The notes under the pieces: generated by a model
What the model saw: only the letters and a program-made list of their open reading frames with translations
The model's database searches: none
Told to the model about the DNA's origin: nothing
Part shown: one piece after another, positions 1 to 9,734 of the stretch
Layout: each line of letters begins with the position of its first letter
How positions within the stretch are numbered: the first letter of the stretch is position 1
DNA from: Octopus sinensis
Lineage: Eukaryota
Direction of reading: 5' to 3'
Assembly (NCBI RefSeq): GCF_006345805.1
Contig: NW_021832828.1
Coordinates: 1 to 64,000, forward strand
DNA: 64,000 bases
Position numbers and translations under genes: made by a program

Positions 1-153
1 CGTTTCTTATCGAAATGCAGTTCGAAAAAGCCCGCCATTTACATAAATATATTACGAATGAACATTTCCATGTGCTACGATGGAGGCGACAGTTGTCTGT
101 TTGGTTCCGCCGGGTATTTTTTTTTTTTATTTTTTATTTTTATCTAGTTTCAG

Positions 154-297
154 CTCGTTGGTTTTGTTTATTCTTAATATGTTTTGAATCAGTTTCACTG
201 ATGAACAAAAGACGTAGATAATACGTTAATTGCGAAATCACAGGTGGTCTGGAACTAAATTCTGTTTTTAAATGTCTTGCTTCGAGAGCTGCATTCG
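154..297 (+). other. Candidate start-codon exon (MSCFESCIR|), weakly resembling the N-terminus of M6/PLP proteolipids
   Basis: A polypyrimidine tract plus CAG acceptor lies at 151-153, ATG at 272, and a donor-like CG|GTACGA at 297/298. No downstream partner exon was found. Confidence 0.2.
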
Positions 298-385
298 GTA
301 CGATTCGTTTATTTTTGGTAGTAATGACTTTGAAAGTTCCTCCTAGCGTGTGGCATTTATGTGTAATAATGCCCTCTATATAATA

Positions 386-650
386 TAAATATATACATAT
401 ATAGATATATACATATATAATATATACATATATACGTTAAAGACTTGTTTTATTTATATTTCCTGAGCGCCATACTAATACAATTGTTCGTTTGTTTTCC
501 ACCTGCCTTCGTCTTTTGTCTATTTTCATAAAGCTTCCCGTTATATATTGTATATATATATATATACATACATACATATATATATATATTCATACATACA
601 TATATATATATATTCATACATGCTATATATATACATACATACGTATATAC

Positions 651-722
<72 letters not shown>

Positions 723-760
723 CATTATATATATATACATATACATATATATATATATTC
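386..760. repeat. (TA)n/(TACA)n microsatellite cluster
   Basis: Directly visible. It explains the YIYIY ORFs. Confidence 0.95.
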
Positions 761-1026
761 AGACTAACTGACATCGATGTGTCTTTTAGAAAATATTGTT
801 TAATGGTGTTTTCTCAACAATGAACCAAACTTTTCAAAAGGTCTGTTCAAATTTCATTTTCTTCAAAAGTAAACTGGATTTTATATCTATAGATATACAA
901 AGATGATGATGATGAGGCTTGTTTACATTGGCCCAAGACCGTGGATTTGGAGATTAGTGAAAGGGAGAGAGATCTTTTAGGGGATTCTTGGGACCAATCA
1001 CTGTAGAAAATATAAGTTGTGAGCTG

Positions 1027-1033
1027 AATAATA

Positions 1034-1082
<49 letters not shown>
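1027..1082. repeat. (AAT)n microsatellite
   Basis: Directly visible. Many similar (AAT)n/(GAT)n tracts across the window are SINE/LINE tails. Confidence 0.95.
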
Positions 1083-1083
<1 letters not shown>

Positions 1084-1097
1084 CTCCTTTCTACTAG

Positions 1098-1265
1098 AAG
1101 CACAATCGCCAAATTTGAGGGGAGGGAATGTGTCAATTACATTTACTCCAGTGTTTCATTGGTTTATTGACCCCGAAAAGATGAAAGGCAAAGTTGACCC
1201 TGGTGACATTTGAACTCAGAACATGAAGACCAACGAAATACTGCTAAGCATTTCGTGCAGTCTAC
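1098..1265 (-). mobile_element. tRNA-derived SINE, degenerate copy of the family most abundant in this window
   Basis: The reverse complement has A-box-like TGGCAGAA..TTAG and B-box-like GAGTTCAAAT motifs and an (ATT)n tail. Related copies lie at about 7635-7845, 33690-34300 (three), 36240-36430, 38030-38225, 58990-59205, 59615-59826, 60385-60596 and 62100-62220. Confidence 0.8.
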
Positions 1266-1613
1266 TAATGTTTCTGCCAACTCACTGCCTTCATTATAAT
1301 AATAATAATGGTTTAAAAGTTTGCCTGAAGAGCAGCAATTATAAAATCAGTTTATACCATAAGCACAAGGCTGGAGATTTATGGGACAAAGAGATTGGGG
1401 CAGCTATCAGCAATCAAATGATGAAATCAACACCCAGACATGACTGGTACATTTTTATTTTACCAACCCCATAAAGACCCCAGTGGGGTTTGAACCTAGA
1501 ACTTGAATTTTCTGTGACTTTAAATCACTCCAGCTAATTCATAGCCCTGGTTATTACTTCCAACATCCAGTTATTGCTTATAATTCCGAATTATTACCCA
1601 AAATCCCTAGCGA

Positions 1614-1816
1614 TTACCCACAATCCTCTGTGAAGAGTTCATCATTGTCATGGTCCAATGAATCGTCAATCAAGAATGACTGCAGCAAACACTCCATAAT
1701 AGTGTCTGTTCTCTTGTTGTAGTCAATCTGGTCCCTGAGGATCAATAGCCTATCTTCAAGGGACAGCTTGTCTCTGACCTCAGGGACACTGAAGTCTCCA
1801 GGATAAGAAATGGGGC
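1614..1816 (-). pseudogene. 3' part of an unidentified ORF interrupted by the LTR retrotransposon (ISYPGDFSVPEVRDKLSLEDRLLILRDQIDYNKRTDTIMECLLQSFLIDDSLDHDNDELFTEDCG*)
   Basis: 65 open codons end in TAA at 1616-1614. They are in frame with 7116-7354 once the element and one TSD copy are removed. Confidence 0.5.
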
Positions 1817-2232
1817 TGTAACGTGAAAGGATCTATCATCGAAGCACTGGTAGGGTGTCGAGATCCTTTCTAGTCACATACAAAATTCTTGCAGAAAACA
1901 AACAGACGAAACTCAGGTTAAAGGTGAACAGACAACTTGGTTTATGATTCATGGTTGTACGTTGTCTTATGGGGGAATAGACAGCCTCTGAGATACTGCT
2001 GGTGTTGGTCGTTGAGGTTGGTTGAAGTTGGTTGAAGCTGGTGTGTGGCTGTCAGAGCCAGGAAAACCGTGACCGATCGCAGTGCTGTCTTGAGCCGAAG
2101 AGAGAGATTTGAGGTTCGCGGGCTCGAGAGATGTTTTCCCGCACATGCGCATGGGGAAGACTTCCGGTGGCCACCCGGAAGTAGTCCCATTCTGCGCATG
2201 CGCGCCGAACCCTACACAGTAGCATCACTACA
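1817..2232 (-). repeat. 3' LTR (416 bp)
   Basis: Differs from 6699-7115 by 2 substitutions and 1 single-base indel on manual comparison. Confidence 0.97.
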
Positions 2233-2245
2233 GGGCTCCCCTCCG
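2233..2245 (-). other. Polypurine tract (CGGAGGGGAGCCC)
   Basis: Purine-rich tract directly preceding the 3' LTR on the minus strand. Confidence 0.85.
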
Positions 2246-2332
2246 AGTGCGAAGTACGGCAACCAGAATATTGTGGTGGTGCTGCAGAAAACAGAAGGCT
2301 TGCCGATCCCCCAGAAGACTTGGTACATACTA

Positions 2333-3478
2333 TTATACAATAAGAAACATTTTAAAGAAAGTTAAATGTAAATTTTTTTGAAAGTTTCTTGGGCCAATGC
2401 ACTGTTCTGCCCGATTTTGTAACATACGGTGTGCTCGGGGCACCCGTTGACGGCGAGGGTGGTGTTGTAGGAGCCGGTGAAGGTGTTTGTGCAGGTGAAG
2501 GCGTTTGTGCAGGTGAAGGCTTTGTGCAGGTGAAGGCGTTTGTGCAGGTGAAAGTGTTGTTAAAGGTGCATAGGTGGGTGTGTCAAGGTTGTCATCAAAA
2601 GATGAAGACGTCTCAAAATGTGCCTTTTTTAAACGGTCCACGGAAACGGTCTCCGAACGACCATTTATCTCAATCGTGAAAACCTTTGGTGTGCGAGAAA
2701 GCACACGAAAAGGTCCTTTATAGGGAGAAACAAGTGGGCCCTTCACAGAATCGTCCCGAACAAAAACATGCGACCAGGTGTTCATATCCGGTGGAAGATG
2801 GGACGGTGGAGATTGCTTTCTGGGAAGCATGGGCGGAAGGTTTGAAAAATATTCCCGCAGTCTGGTGACATAGGTCGCCGGATCATGGGGCGGGGAAGTG
2901 TCTGGCACCAACATCGTACCGGGCAATGCCAGTGTGGTACCATACAGCAGCTCTGCAGCAGAAAACCCCAGGTCTGCCTTGACAGCAGTCCGACAGCCGA
3001 GAAGCACAATGGGCAGAAATTCGATCCAGGACTGTGGGTCCGAAGAGGCACGAAGAGCGGCCTTGAGCTGTCTATGGAACCGCTCAACCAATCCATTAGA
3101 CGCTGGATGGTAGCTTGTGGTGTGGATATGGTGCATACCCAAAATTCGCGACAATTCGCGAAATAGCGAGGCCTCAAACTGTCGTCCACGATCAGTTGTC
3201 AATCGGGACGGGACTCCGAAGCGAGAAATCCAGTTTGAAACGAAAGCTCGCGCAACAGTCTCAGCAGAAATGTCTGCTATCGGAATGGCTTCTGGCCAGC
3301 GGGAGAAACGATCGACACAAGTTAATAGATAAGAGAACCCGCGACTCACAGGCCATGGTCCAACCAGATCGATGTGGACATGGCAAAACGGGCCTCCGTG
3401 GGGGGAAATTGTCCAAGCGGGGCACGAACGTGCCGTTGAATCTTGGATCGTTGACACTTGGAGCAGGTGCGTGTCCAA
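2333..3478 (-). CDS. Integrase catalytic core and C-terminus (frameshifted pol segment)
   Basis: [27 protein letters not shown] and [13 protein letters not shown] motifs and a GPF module. The true C-terminus (...[15 protein letters not shown]) is in a shifted frame. Confidence 0.93.
   Translation of the reverse strand: MDTHLLQVSTIQDSTARSCPAWTISPHGGPFCHVHIDLVGPWPVSRGFSYLLTCVDRFSRWPEAIPIADISAETVARAFVSNWISRFGVPSRLTTDRGRQFEASLFRELSRILGMHHIHTTSYHPASNGLVERFHRQLKAALRASSDPQSWIEFLPIVLLGCRTAVKADLGFSAAELLYGTTLALPGTMLVPDTSPPHDPATYVTRLREYFSNLPPMLPRKQSPPSHLPPDMNTWSHVFVRDDSVKGPLVSPYKGPFRVLSRTPKVFTIEINGRSETVSVDRLKKAHFETSSSFDDNLDTPTYAPLTTLSPAQTPSPAQSLHLHKRLHLHKHLHRLLQHHPRRQRVPRAHRMLQNRAEQCIGPRNFQKNLHLTFFKMFLIV
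2476..2553 (-). repeat. 18-bp tandem repeat encoding (TPSPAQ)n in the integrase tail, about 4 copies
   Basis: GGTGAAGGCGTTTGTGCA units. One unit is 17 bp, which shifts the frame. Confidence 0.85.
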
Positions 3479-4431
3479 GAAGTAATTGTGCGACGCATAT
3501 TCGGCCAGAAAAACCGAGCAGTGATTAGTTTGAGGGTGGCAGCGATGCCAGGATGTGATAAGGAGTGCAGTGCTTCAAACACTGAGCGTTGATGGGTCTC
3601 AGGCACCAGTGGCCTGGGAGATCCAGTTGAAGTGTCACAAAGAATGGTGCCTTCGGCTGACGGAAGCGGAAGGTAGGAAAACTGGCAACAGGAGAACTTG
3701 GGAGAAGTTAAATCTAACGACGCCAAAGGTGGCTGCTCCTGCGATATGGCAGCTAAGTCGATAGCAGCAGGAGACGAAAGGGCGCAAACTGGAAGGCGAG
3801 AGAGAGCGTCAGCAGGAACGTTCTCTTTTCCAGGTATGTGTCGAATGTTGCTAGTAAATTGAGAGATAAAATCCAGGTGCCGAAAAGCACGGGGTGAGAG
3901 TTTGTCCGTTTTTGAAAACAGGGCAAACGTAAGGGGCTTGTGATCCGTATAGATCACAAAATCTCGCCCTTCAAGTTGATGCTGGAAATGACGAACCGAT
4001 AGATAGATCGCTAGGAGCTCACGATCAAAGGTGCTGTATCGTCGTTCAGCTGGTTGCAGTTGACGGGAAAAGAAGGCTAGAGGTCGAACATGGTCATCCA
4101 CTGTGTGTTGTAACACAGCGCCAATCGCAGTGTCCGATGCGTCCACAGTCAAAGAGAGAGAAGCACCAGGAACTGGATGTGCAAGCAAAGAAACAGAAGC
4201 CAGCTCCTTCTTAATGGACTCAAAGGCTGTCACTGCCTCAACAGAGAGGGTGACTTGACTGTCCTTTCTAGGAGAGTCCTTTAACAGCCTGGTGAGAGGT
4301 AGCAGCTTATCTGCACAACCGGGAATGAAGCGTCGGTAGAAATTGACCATCCCTAGATAATGCCTGAGGGGGTGCGATGCGTTGAATGGCATCGACTTTT
4401 GACGAGAGGGGGCTGATTCCAGTCGAATCAA
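3346..4431 (-). CDS. RT connection, RNase H and integrase zinc finger (frameshifted pol segment)
   Basis: [39 protein letters not shown] and HSLSHPG...CSKC motifs. Confidence 0.93.
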   Translation of the reverse strand: MIRLESAPSRQKSMPFNASHPLRHYLGMVNFYRRFIPGCADKLLPLTRLLKDSPRKDSQVTLSVEAVTAFESIKKELASVSLLAHPVPGASLSLTVDASDTAIGAVLQHTVDDHVRPLAFFSRQLQPAERRYSTFDRELLAIYLSVRHFQHQLEGRDFVIYTDHKPLTFALFSKTDKLSPRAFRHLDFISQFTSNIRHIPGKENVPADALSRLPVCALSSPAAIDLAAISQEQPPLASLDLTSPKFSCCQFSYLPLPSAEGTILCDTSTGSPRPLVPETHQRSVFEALHSLSHPGIAATLKLITARFFWPNMRRTITSWTRTCSKCQRSKIQRHVRAPLGQFPPTEARFAMSTSIWLDHGL

Positions 4432-5662
4432 TATGATGCCCTAGAAAATCTAGGGAAGAGCGTCCGAAAACACACTTGTCGGGGTTTATGCGTATGCTAT
4501 ACGCGCGAAGACGCTGGAAGAGTTGAGAAAGGTGCCGGAGATGATTTTCTCGTGTGTCGCTCGCAATGAGTATGTCATCGACATAGGCAAACACAAAATC
4601 AAGACCGCGGACAACCTCATCAATGAAACGCTGGAAGGTGCTAGTAGCATTCCGCAAACCGAAACTCATGTACAAAAACTCAAAACACCCAAACGGGGTA
4701 GTGATTGCAGTTTTTGGAACGTCGGCTGGGTTGACCGGTATTTGGTGGTAAGCGCGTATCAGATCGACCTTCGAAAAAATGGTACAACCATGGAGATTTG
4801 CTGTAAAGTCCCGGAGATTTCTAATCGGATAGCGATCGGCTATTGTGACGGCATTGAGGCGTCGATAGTCTCCAACCGGGCGAAAATCAGACTCGCCCTT
4901 TCGCGCCAAATGAAGGGGAGATGCCCATGGGCTGGTGGAGGGGCGTATAAGGCCAAGTTGAAGCATGTGCTCAAACTCGGCTCTGGCCGTTTTAAGTCGG
5001 TCTGGCGCTAGGCGCCGGGGGCGTGAGAATACAGGTGGCCCATTGGTGGTGATGAAATGGAGGGTCGAGTGGGTAGGTAGGCTTTTCCGGTTTAAGGCAA
5101 TGTCCACTAGCTCCGGAAATGAAACCAAAAGAGAGTGAAAAGGGTCTCCAGAGGTGGCAACAAAGAATGTCGGGCTAAGGACCGCAGTGGTGGAACTCCC
5201 AGTCGGTGTAGAGAGCGACGTCGTGCTATCAAGAAGCCTCCGACGCCTGACATCCACCAATAGGTTAAACCTATCCAGGAAATCAGCGCCGAGAATAGGA
5301 TGCGGGATGTCAGCGATGACGAAAACCCATCGAAAGTCTCGACGAAGGTTGAGGTCGAGGTGCAGCGAAATCTGACCGTAAGTGGTTATGGGAGACGAGT
5401 CAATAGCATGCAAGACAATCGAAGAGCGCTTGGGCTTGTCTGCAGCCAGACGAAGGGGCCAGATGCTGCAACAGGAGCCGGTGTCCACCATGAAGAATGT
5501 CTTCGACACCAGATCTTTTACATAGAATGCACGATGTTTGGGAAACGAGATGGAAGAAGGTGACGTGCTCACCTCCTCCGGATTTAGTTTTCCGAGGGCT
5601 TGAAAGTGCACGGCTGGGTACACCGATCTGCCTTTTCGGCATATCTCGAATGGTACCAGCAC
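4307..5662 (-). CDS. Aspartic protease and reverse transcriptase (pol, 5' segment)
   Basis: VDTGS protease motif, DYRRLN, DLIRAYHQIP, FGLRNA and the YVDD catalytic motif. Confidence 0.95.
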   Translation of the reverse strand: MLVPFEICRKGRSVYPAVHFQALGKLNPEEVSTSPSSISFPKHRAFYVKDLVSKTFFMVDTGSCCSIWPLRLAADKPKRSSIVLHAIDSSPITTYGQISLHLDLNLRRDFRWVFVIADIPHPILGADFLDRFNLLVDVRRRRLLDSTTSLSTPTGSSTTAVLSPTFFVATSGDPFHSLLVSFPELVDIALNRKSLPTHSTLHFITTNGPPVFSRPRRLAPDRLKTARAEFEHMLQLGLIRPSTSPWASPLHLARKGESDFRPVGDYRRLNAVTIADRYPIRNLRDFTANLHGCTIFSKVDLIRAYHQIPVNPADVPKTAITTPFGCFEFLYMSFGLRNATSTFQRFIDEVVRGLDFVFAYVDDILIASDTRENHLRHLSQLFQRLRAYSIRINPDKCVFGRSSLDFLGHHIDSTGISPLSSKVDAIQRIAPPQALSRDGQFLPTLHSRLCR

Positions 5663-6384
5663 CAGCCGGAACGAGAAACAGAGTCACTCCGACTGCGGGA
5701 AATAGAGCTACTGCGACTACGAGATTGGCGTCCGATCGCACGGCACAGATCATCGATCCTCCGCGTAAGCGCGTCGATGTTCTCGGCCAGTTTATCGTTC
5801 GTCGGAGGTGTCGGGGGGATCTGTACATGCGTACAGGCCCCGCGAGGGAGATGGGCGCGAAAACTCCAACACTTTGTCGGCCATCGTGGCGATCTGGTCC
5901 ACAGACACAGCATCCAGTGCCGTGGCCAACATTGTCTGCACGTGGGCAGGCAGCCTTGAGAAAAATATCTTACGTAAGAGCGGCGCGTCAGCGGCGTTGC
6001 CGCTTAGCTCTCTTAGATGGCGCAGAAATGGGATGGAGTTCTGTCCCCTAACTGCTCGTCGGCCATCAGTTCATTAAACTGACTTTCTTCTGAGCGCGTG
6101 TTGCGACGGAGGATCTCCGCCTTTACTGACGCATATGTGGCGTCAGGATGGGGACTCACAATGAGATCCCTGACCGATGTTGCGAGCCGGGAGGGCAAAC
6201 TTGAATACAGTAGATGTAACTGCTGTTGTGGCGGAATGGTATGCGCGGCAAAGTGTGATTCCACCTGTGCAAACCACAGCCCCGCATCCCCCGTAAATGA
6301 AGGCAAACCTGAAGCCATGCCTTTGTCGGAAGGAATCTGTGAGAAGGGGGCAGAAGGTATGGTCGAGAAACGGAGAGAGAACAC
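5584..6384 (-). CDS. gag (two apparent 1-bp frameshifts), ending at a GGAAAAC-TAA gag/pol -1 slippery site
   Basis: LPSFTGDAGLWFAQVES...LGDRTPSHF(L)RHLRELS...RLPAHVQTML...CWYH..C..C. The heptamer GGAAAAC (5587-5593) shifts into the pol frame GKLNPEE. Confidence 0.88.
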
Positions 6385-6686
6385 GTGGAACGAGAAGGCA
6401 ATTCAAAATTGTGTTTGTGTGTGCACCTCGTGGGTAGCAAAAAAAAAAAAAAGAATAAGTGTGTACAAGGAAAACAAAATACAGAAAAGGAAAAATGAAT
6501 GTGTGTGTGTTTTCTTTTTTTTTTTTTTCTTTTTTTGTACTGAGTGCGATGAATAAGGTTATTTGACCCACCTCGCCGTGCTGAAAAGGAGAAAAATAGG
6601 AAAATAAATATGAATTTCCGCGCTCTTCGGCCCCCAAAAAAACCTGTTCGCTGTGTCTTCTTCTATCCTGTTCTTTTTCTCAACTA

Positions 6687-6696
6687 GGGGTCACCA
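6687..6696 (-). other. Primer binding site complementary to the tRNA-Trp 3' end (TGGTGACCCC)
   Basis: Lies 2 nt downstream of the 5' LTR. It has a 10-nt match to the canonical tRNA-Trp PBS TGGTGACCCCGACGTGAT. Confidence 0.9.
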
Positions 6697-6698
6697 AT

Positions 6699-7115
6699 TG
6701 TAACGTGAAAGGATCTATCATCGAAGCACTGATAGGGTGTCGAGATCCTTTCTAGTCACATACAAAATTCTTGCAGAAAACAAACAGACGAAACTCAGGT
6801 TAAAGGTGAACAGACAACTTGGTTTATTGATTCATGGTTGTACGTTGTCTGATGGGGGAATAGACAGCCTCTGAGATACTGCTGGTGTTGGTCGTTGAGG
6901 TTGGTTGAAGTTGGTTGAAGCTGGTGTGTGGCTGTCAGAGCCAGGAAAACCGTGACCGATCGCAGTGCTGTCTTGAGCCGAAGAGAGAGATTTGAGGTTC
7001 GCGGGCTCGAGAGATGTTTTCCCGCACATGCGCATGGGGAAGACTTCCGGTGGCCACCCGGAAGTAGTCCCATTCTGCGCATGCGCGCCGAACCCTACAC
7101 AGTAGCATCACTACA
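6699..7115 (-). repeat. 5' LTR (417 bp)
   Basis: TGTAGTG...CGTTACA on the minus strand, with AATAAA retained. Confidence 0.97.
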
Positions 7116-7354
7116 GGGCTAAGGGACAGCTTCAACTTTGATGCATGTGGTTCTAGGGAGCCACAGCCAAGCTCAACATTGCAATCAAATGTATCCTTCC
7201 TCTTCAGAATTTTCCACTCCTCCACTTCCTTACCATCATCAATACCAGCACTGCTGACACCCCTAGGGTAGAACTCAGAGTACCCGTCTCTCTCCTCTTG
7301 CCATCTGCAGATCACCTCCCACCACCGACTGCATTTCAGAAAGACTCGAACCCA
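7116..7354 (-). pseudogene. 5' part of the ORF interrupted by the LTR element (WVRVFLKCSRWWEVICRWQEERDGYSEFYPRG...SKLKLSLSP)
   Basis: 80 open codons up to the TSD, bounded upstream by an in-frame TGA. The product is not recognised. Confidence 0.45.
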
Positions 7355-7436
7355 TCACTCTTCGTACGTTCGGCACCAATTGAAGCCTTTACAGTTTCAG
7401 CCAATTGGTGGTGGTCATCATGGGTGGAATCCCGGC

Positions 7437-7543
7437 TTAAGGGCTTATCTTGGTGTAGAGATTTACTAGCAGACAAGTCTCCTGTAGTTCTTTGCTGCGG
7501 ATGTCAATGGATCGATAAAATGTAGATTCCAGGTTGCAGCTCT
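7437..7543 (-). other. Candidate terminal coding exon segment of an unidentified minus-strand transcript
   Basis: Strong acceptor TTATTTCTGTCCACAG. Phase-compatible with exon 8403-8508, giving ESCNLESTFYRSIDIRSKELQETCLLVNLYTKISP*. Confidence 0.3.
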
Positions 7544-8060
7544 CTGTGGACAGAAATAAGAAAAATGATGATGATGATGATGACGATGATGATGATGACG
7601 ATGATGATGATAATAATAATAATAATAATAATCCTTACTACTAAAGACACAAGGCCTGAAATTTTGTGGTTGGGGACTAGTCGATTACACTGACCCCAGT
7701 GTATTACTGGTACTTAATTCATCGATCTCGAAAGGATGAAAGACAAAGTCAACCTCAGCAGAATTTGAACTCAGAATGTTGCGATGGACAAAATACCGCT
7801 AAGCATTTCGTACGTTATGCTAACGATGCTGCCAGCTCATTACCTAATAATAATAATATCTTCAAATTTTACTACAAGGGCTGCTTGTGGAAGGTGGAGA
7901 TGAGTTGATTATATCGAACCCAGTTCTTGACTGGTCCTTCATTTTATCGACCCTGAAGGGTGGAAGACACAGTCAACCATTGGGGGATTTGAAATCAGAA
8001 CACAAAGAGCTGAAAGAACAATTCTGACAAATCACCATCACCCATGACCAAACAACAACA

Positions 8061-8370
8061 ACAACTATAGCCACTAATACTTACTACTATACTAAACATT
8101 AGATACTATAGTCCAAGATACACCATGTCTGAATAAAAGATAGGATGGTCACAGCCGGAACGTCTTTGATCATAGGTCTGTCTGGATCAGGACTGACCTG
8201 GGGCTAAGCAACACAACTATAGCCACTAATACTAACTACTATACTAAACATTAGATAATGTAGTCCTAGATACACCATGTCTGACTCAAAGATGGGATGG
8301 TCACAGCTGGAACATCTTTGACGAAATATCTAACTGGATCAGGATTGACCTGGGGTTAAACAACAACTAT
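8061..8370. repeat. Diverged tandem duplication, unit about 152 bp, 2 copies
   Basis: ACAACTATAGCCACTAATAC starts at 8061 and again at 8213, with colinear sequence following. Confidence 0.8.
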
Positions 8371-8402
8371 GGTCTACCCCTTCCCTCAGACTATATACTT
8401 AC

Positions 8403-8508
8403 CTCTCGTATTTTTCTCCACAATGGCTGCTTCACTCCAAGACTGTGGAGGTTGGTAGGAGTGGAGTTTCTCTTTCTCGTTCAGAACACACAGCTCGGTG
8501 GCCCTCAC
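8403..8508 (-). other. Candidate internal exon, 106 nt (VRATELCVLNEKEKLHSYQPPQSWSEAAIVEKNTR)
   Basis: Consensus donor GAG|GTAAGTAT and acceptor TTCCATTGCTAG. Only one frame is open. Confidence 0.35.
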
Positions 8509-8649
8509 CTAGCAATGGAACGACAGCAATGATACTATGAATACAGAGATACAACACAGATATTTACACATGCATTTTTATGTGTAATTACACACACACA
8601 CACACACACATATATACAAATATGTGTAAATATAAACACACTGTCTTCT

Positions 8650-8930
8650 TCTTGCCAGGGAGTTTACCAAGGCCTCACTCTCATTTGACACAGCAGCTAC
8701 AGGCTGGAAGGGGCCCATGGCAAGCCCTGCACCAGATGGCTGAACATGATAAACGATGATCTCCAGAGGTTTGATATAATCTTGGGTGATGCAGAGCTAC
8801 TGGTACAAAGTTGCCAGGGATGGGAAGCATCAGTGGACTTGGTCAGATCTAAGCACAATGACCTCTCTAACACCATTAACCTGAGATGACTCCAGCCCTA
8901 CCAAGCAAAAGCATGAAGCAAAGTGGATGC
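8650..8930 (+). mobile_element. RTE-type LINE 3' fragment
   Basis: Degenerate GWKRPRGRPRTRW-like C-terminal motif (GWKGPHGKPCTRWL). Confidence 0.6.
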
Positions 8931-9297
8931 ATTCATATATATTATGTTGCTCACATTTCTTTCATTGCAACCAAAAGGATTTTAGCTCCGAGGAAGATAA
9001 ATGGAGAAAGCCTATTCTCTACTTTATTCAATCAATCAATTATGGCATCAGACTAGGGAACTGTGCTTCTTCAACCTTATTAGAAACATGTGTAAACTCG
9101 CACGAATAATATACATTAATTTATTGCCATTTCTGTTACACACACACACACACACACAGAAGCAGGAGCTGGAAAGTTCTTCACTTTAGAGGTTTCATGA
9201 AAGGCCTAGTCGAGTTCTTTTACAGGACTTAGAAAAACCAAGAGACCACTGCAATAAGCGTGCGAATCTGAGCAGGGAATATGTTGAATAAATTTAT

Positions 9298-9480
9298 AAC
9301 TCAGTTCTATATTTGAGAGATAAGGAATTATGTACATTATATACATTTGATGGATATTTGTCCTCATCTTGTTTGTTGTTAACACGTTTCAGCTGATGTA
9401 CTCTCCAGCCTTCATCAGGTGTCCTGGGGGAATTTCAAACTTGGGTTCTCATTCCTAAGGTAATTTTCCGATGTTATTGT
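9298..9480 (-). mobile_element. Penelope-like element terminal repeat fragment with a degenerate hammerhead core
   Basis: The minus strand reads CTGATGA-A-GGCTG...CAGCT-GAAA-CGT (9418-9384). Confidence 0.6.
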
Positions 9481-9734
9481 TATTTTTATTATTCAGGTCG
9501 CTGACTGGAATCAAACTCATAATCTTTGGGTTTGTAGCCAACGTTCTTAACCACTACGTCATATGCCTGTGGACAACTATGGAGTAAAATTTAGGGTTTA
9601 TAAATCTAAAGTTTACTTATTCTTCCTTATTACAGGTTCCCAAATGCTAATCACAAATAAACTAGGTTTGCTTAGGAGGTTATTAGGTCCCAGCATGTGT
9701 GCTGCCTCTTTTAGCTTTCGTATTTTCCAGTGGT

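Larger units (their letters stand above)
1817..7115 (-). mobile_element. Full-length Ty3/Gypsy LTR retrotransposon, CsRN1 clade (Kabuki/Boudicca-like)
   Basis: TG...CA LTRs, a 4-bp TSD GGGC (1813-1816 / 7116-7119), a tRNA-Trp PBS, a PPT, a gag CHCC motif C-X2-H-X9-C-X3-C (CWYHSRYAEKADRCTQPC), and domain order PR-RT-RH-INT. Confidence 0.97.

Noticed and set aside
450-1170. YIYIY, poly-L and poly-N ORFs
   Set aside because: Microsatellite translations.
2233-2237. GGGCT follows both LTRs, suggesting longer LTRs
   Set aside because: The TG...CA termini, PPT position and GGGC TSD fix the boundary. The match is a coincidence between the PPT end and the target site.
4523-6051. Plus-strand ORFs of 70-184 aa over gag/pol
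   Set aside because: Antisense shadows of GC-rich retrotransposon coding sequence with no recognisable motifs.
8394-8404. ATACTTACCT resembling the U1 snRNA 5' end
   Set aside because: No U1 body follows. It is better explained as a minus-strand splice donor.
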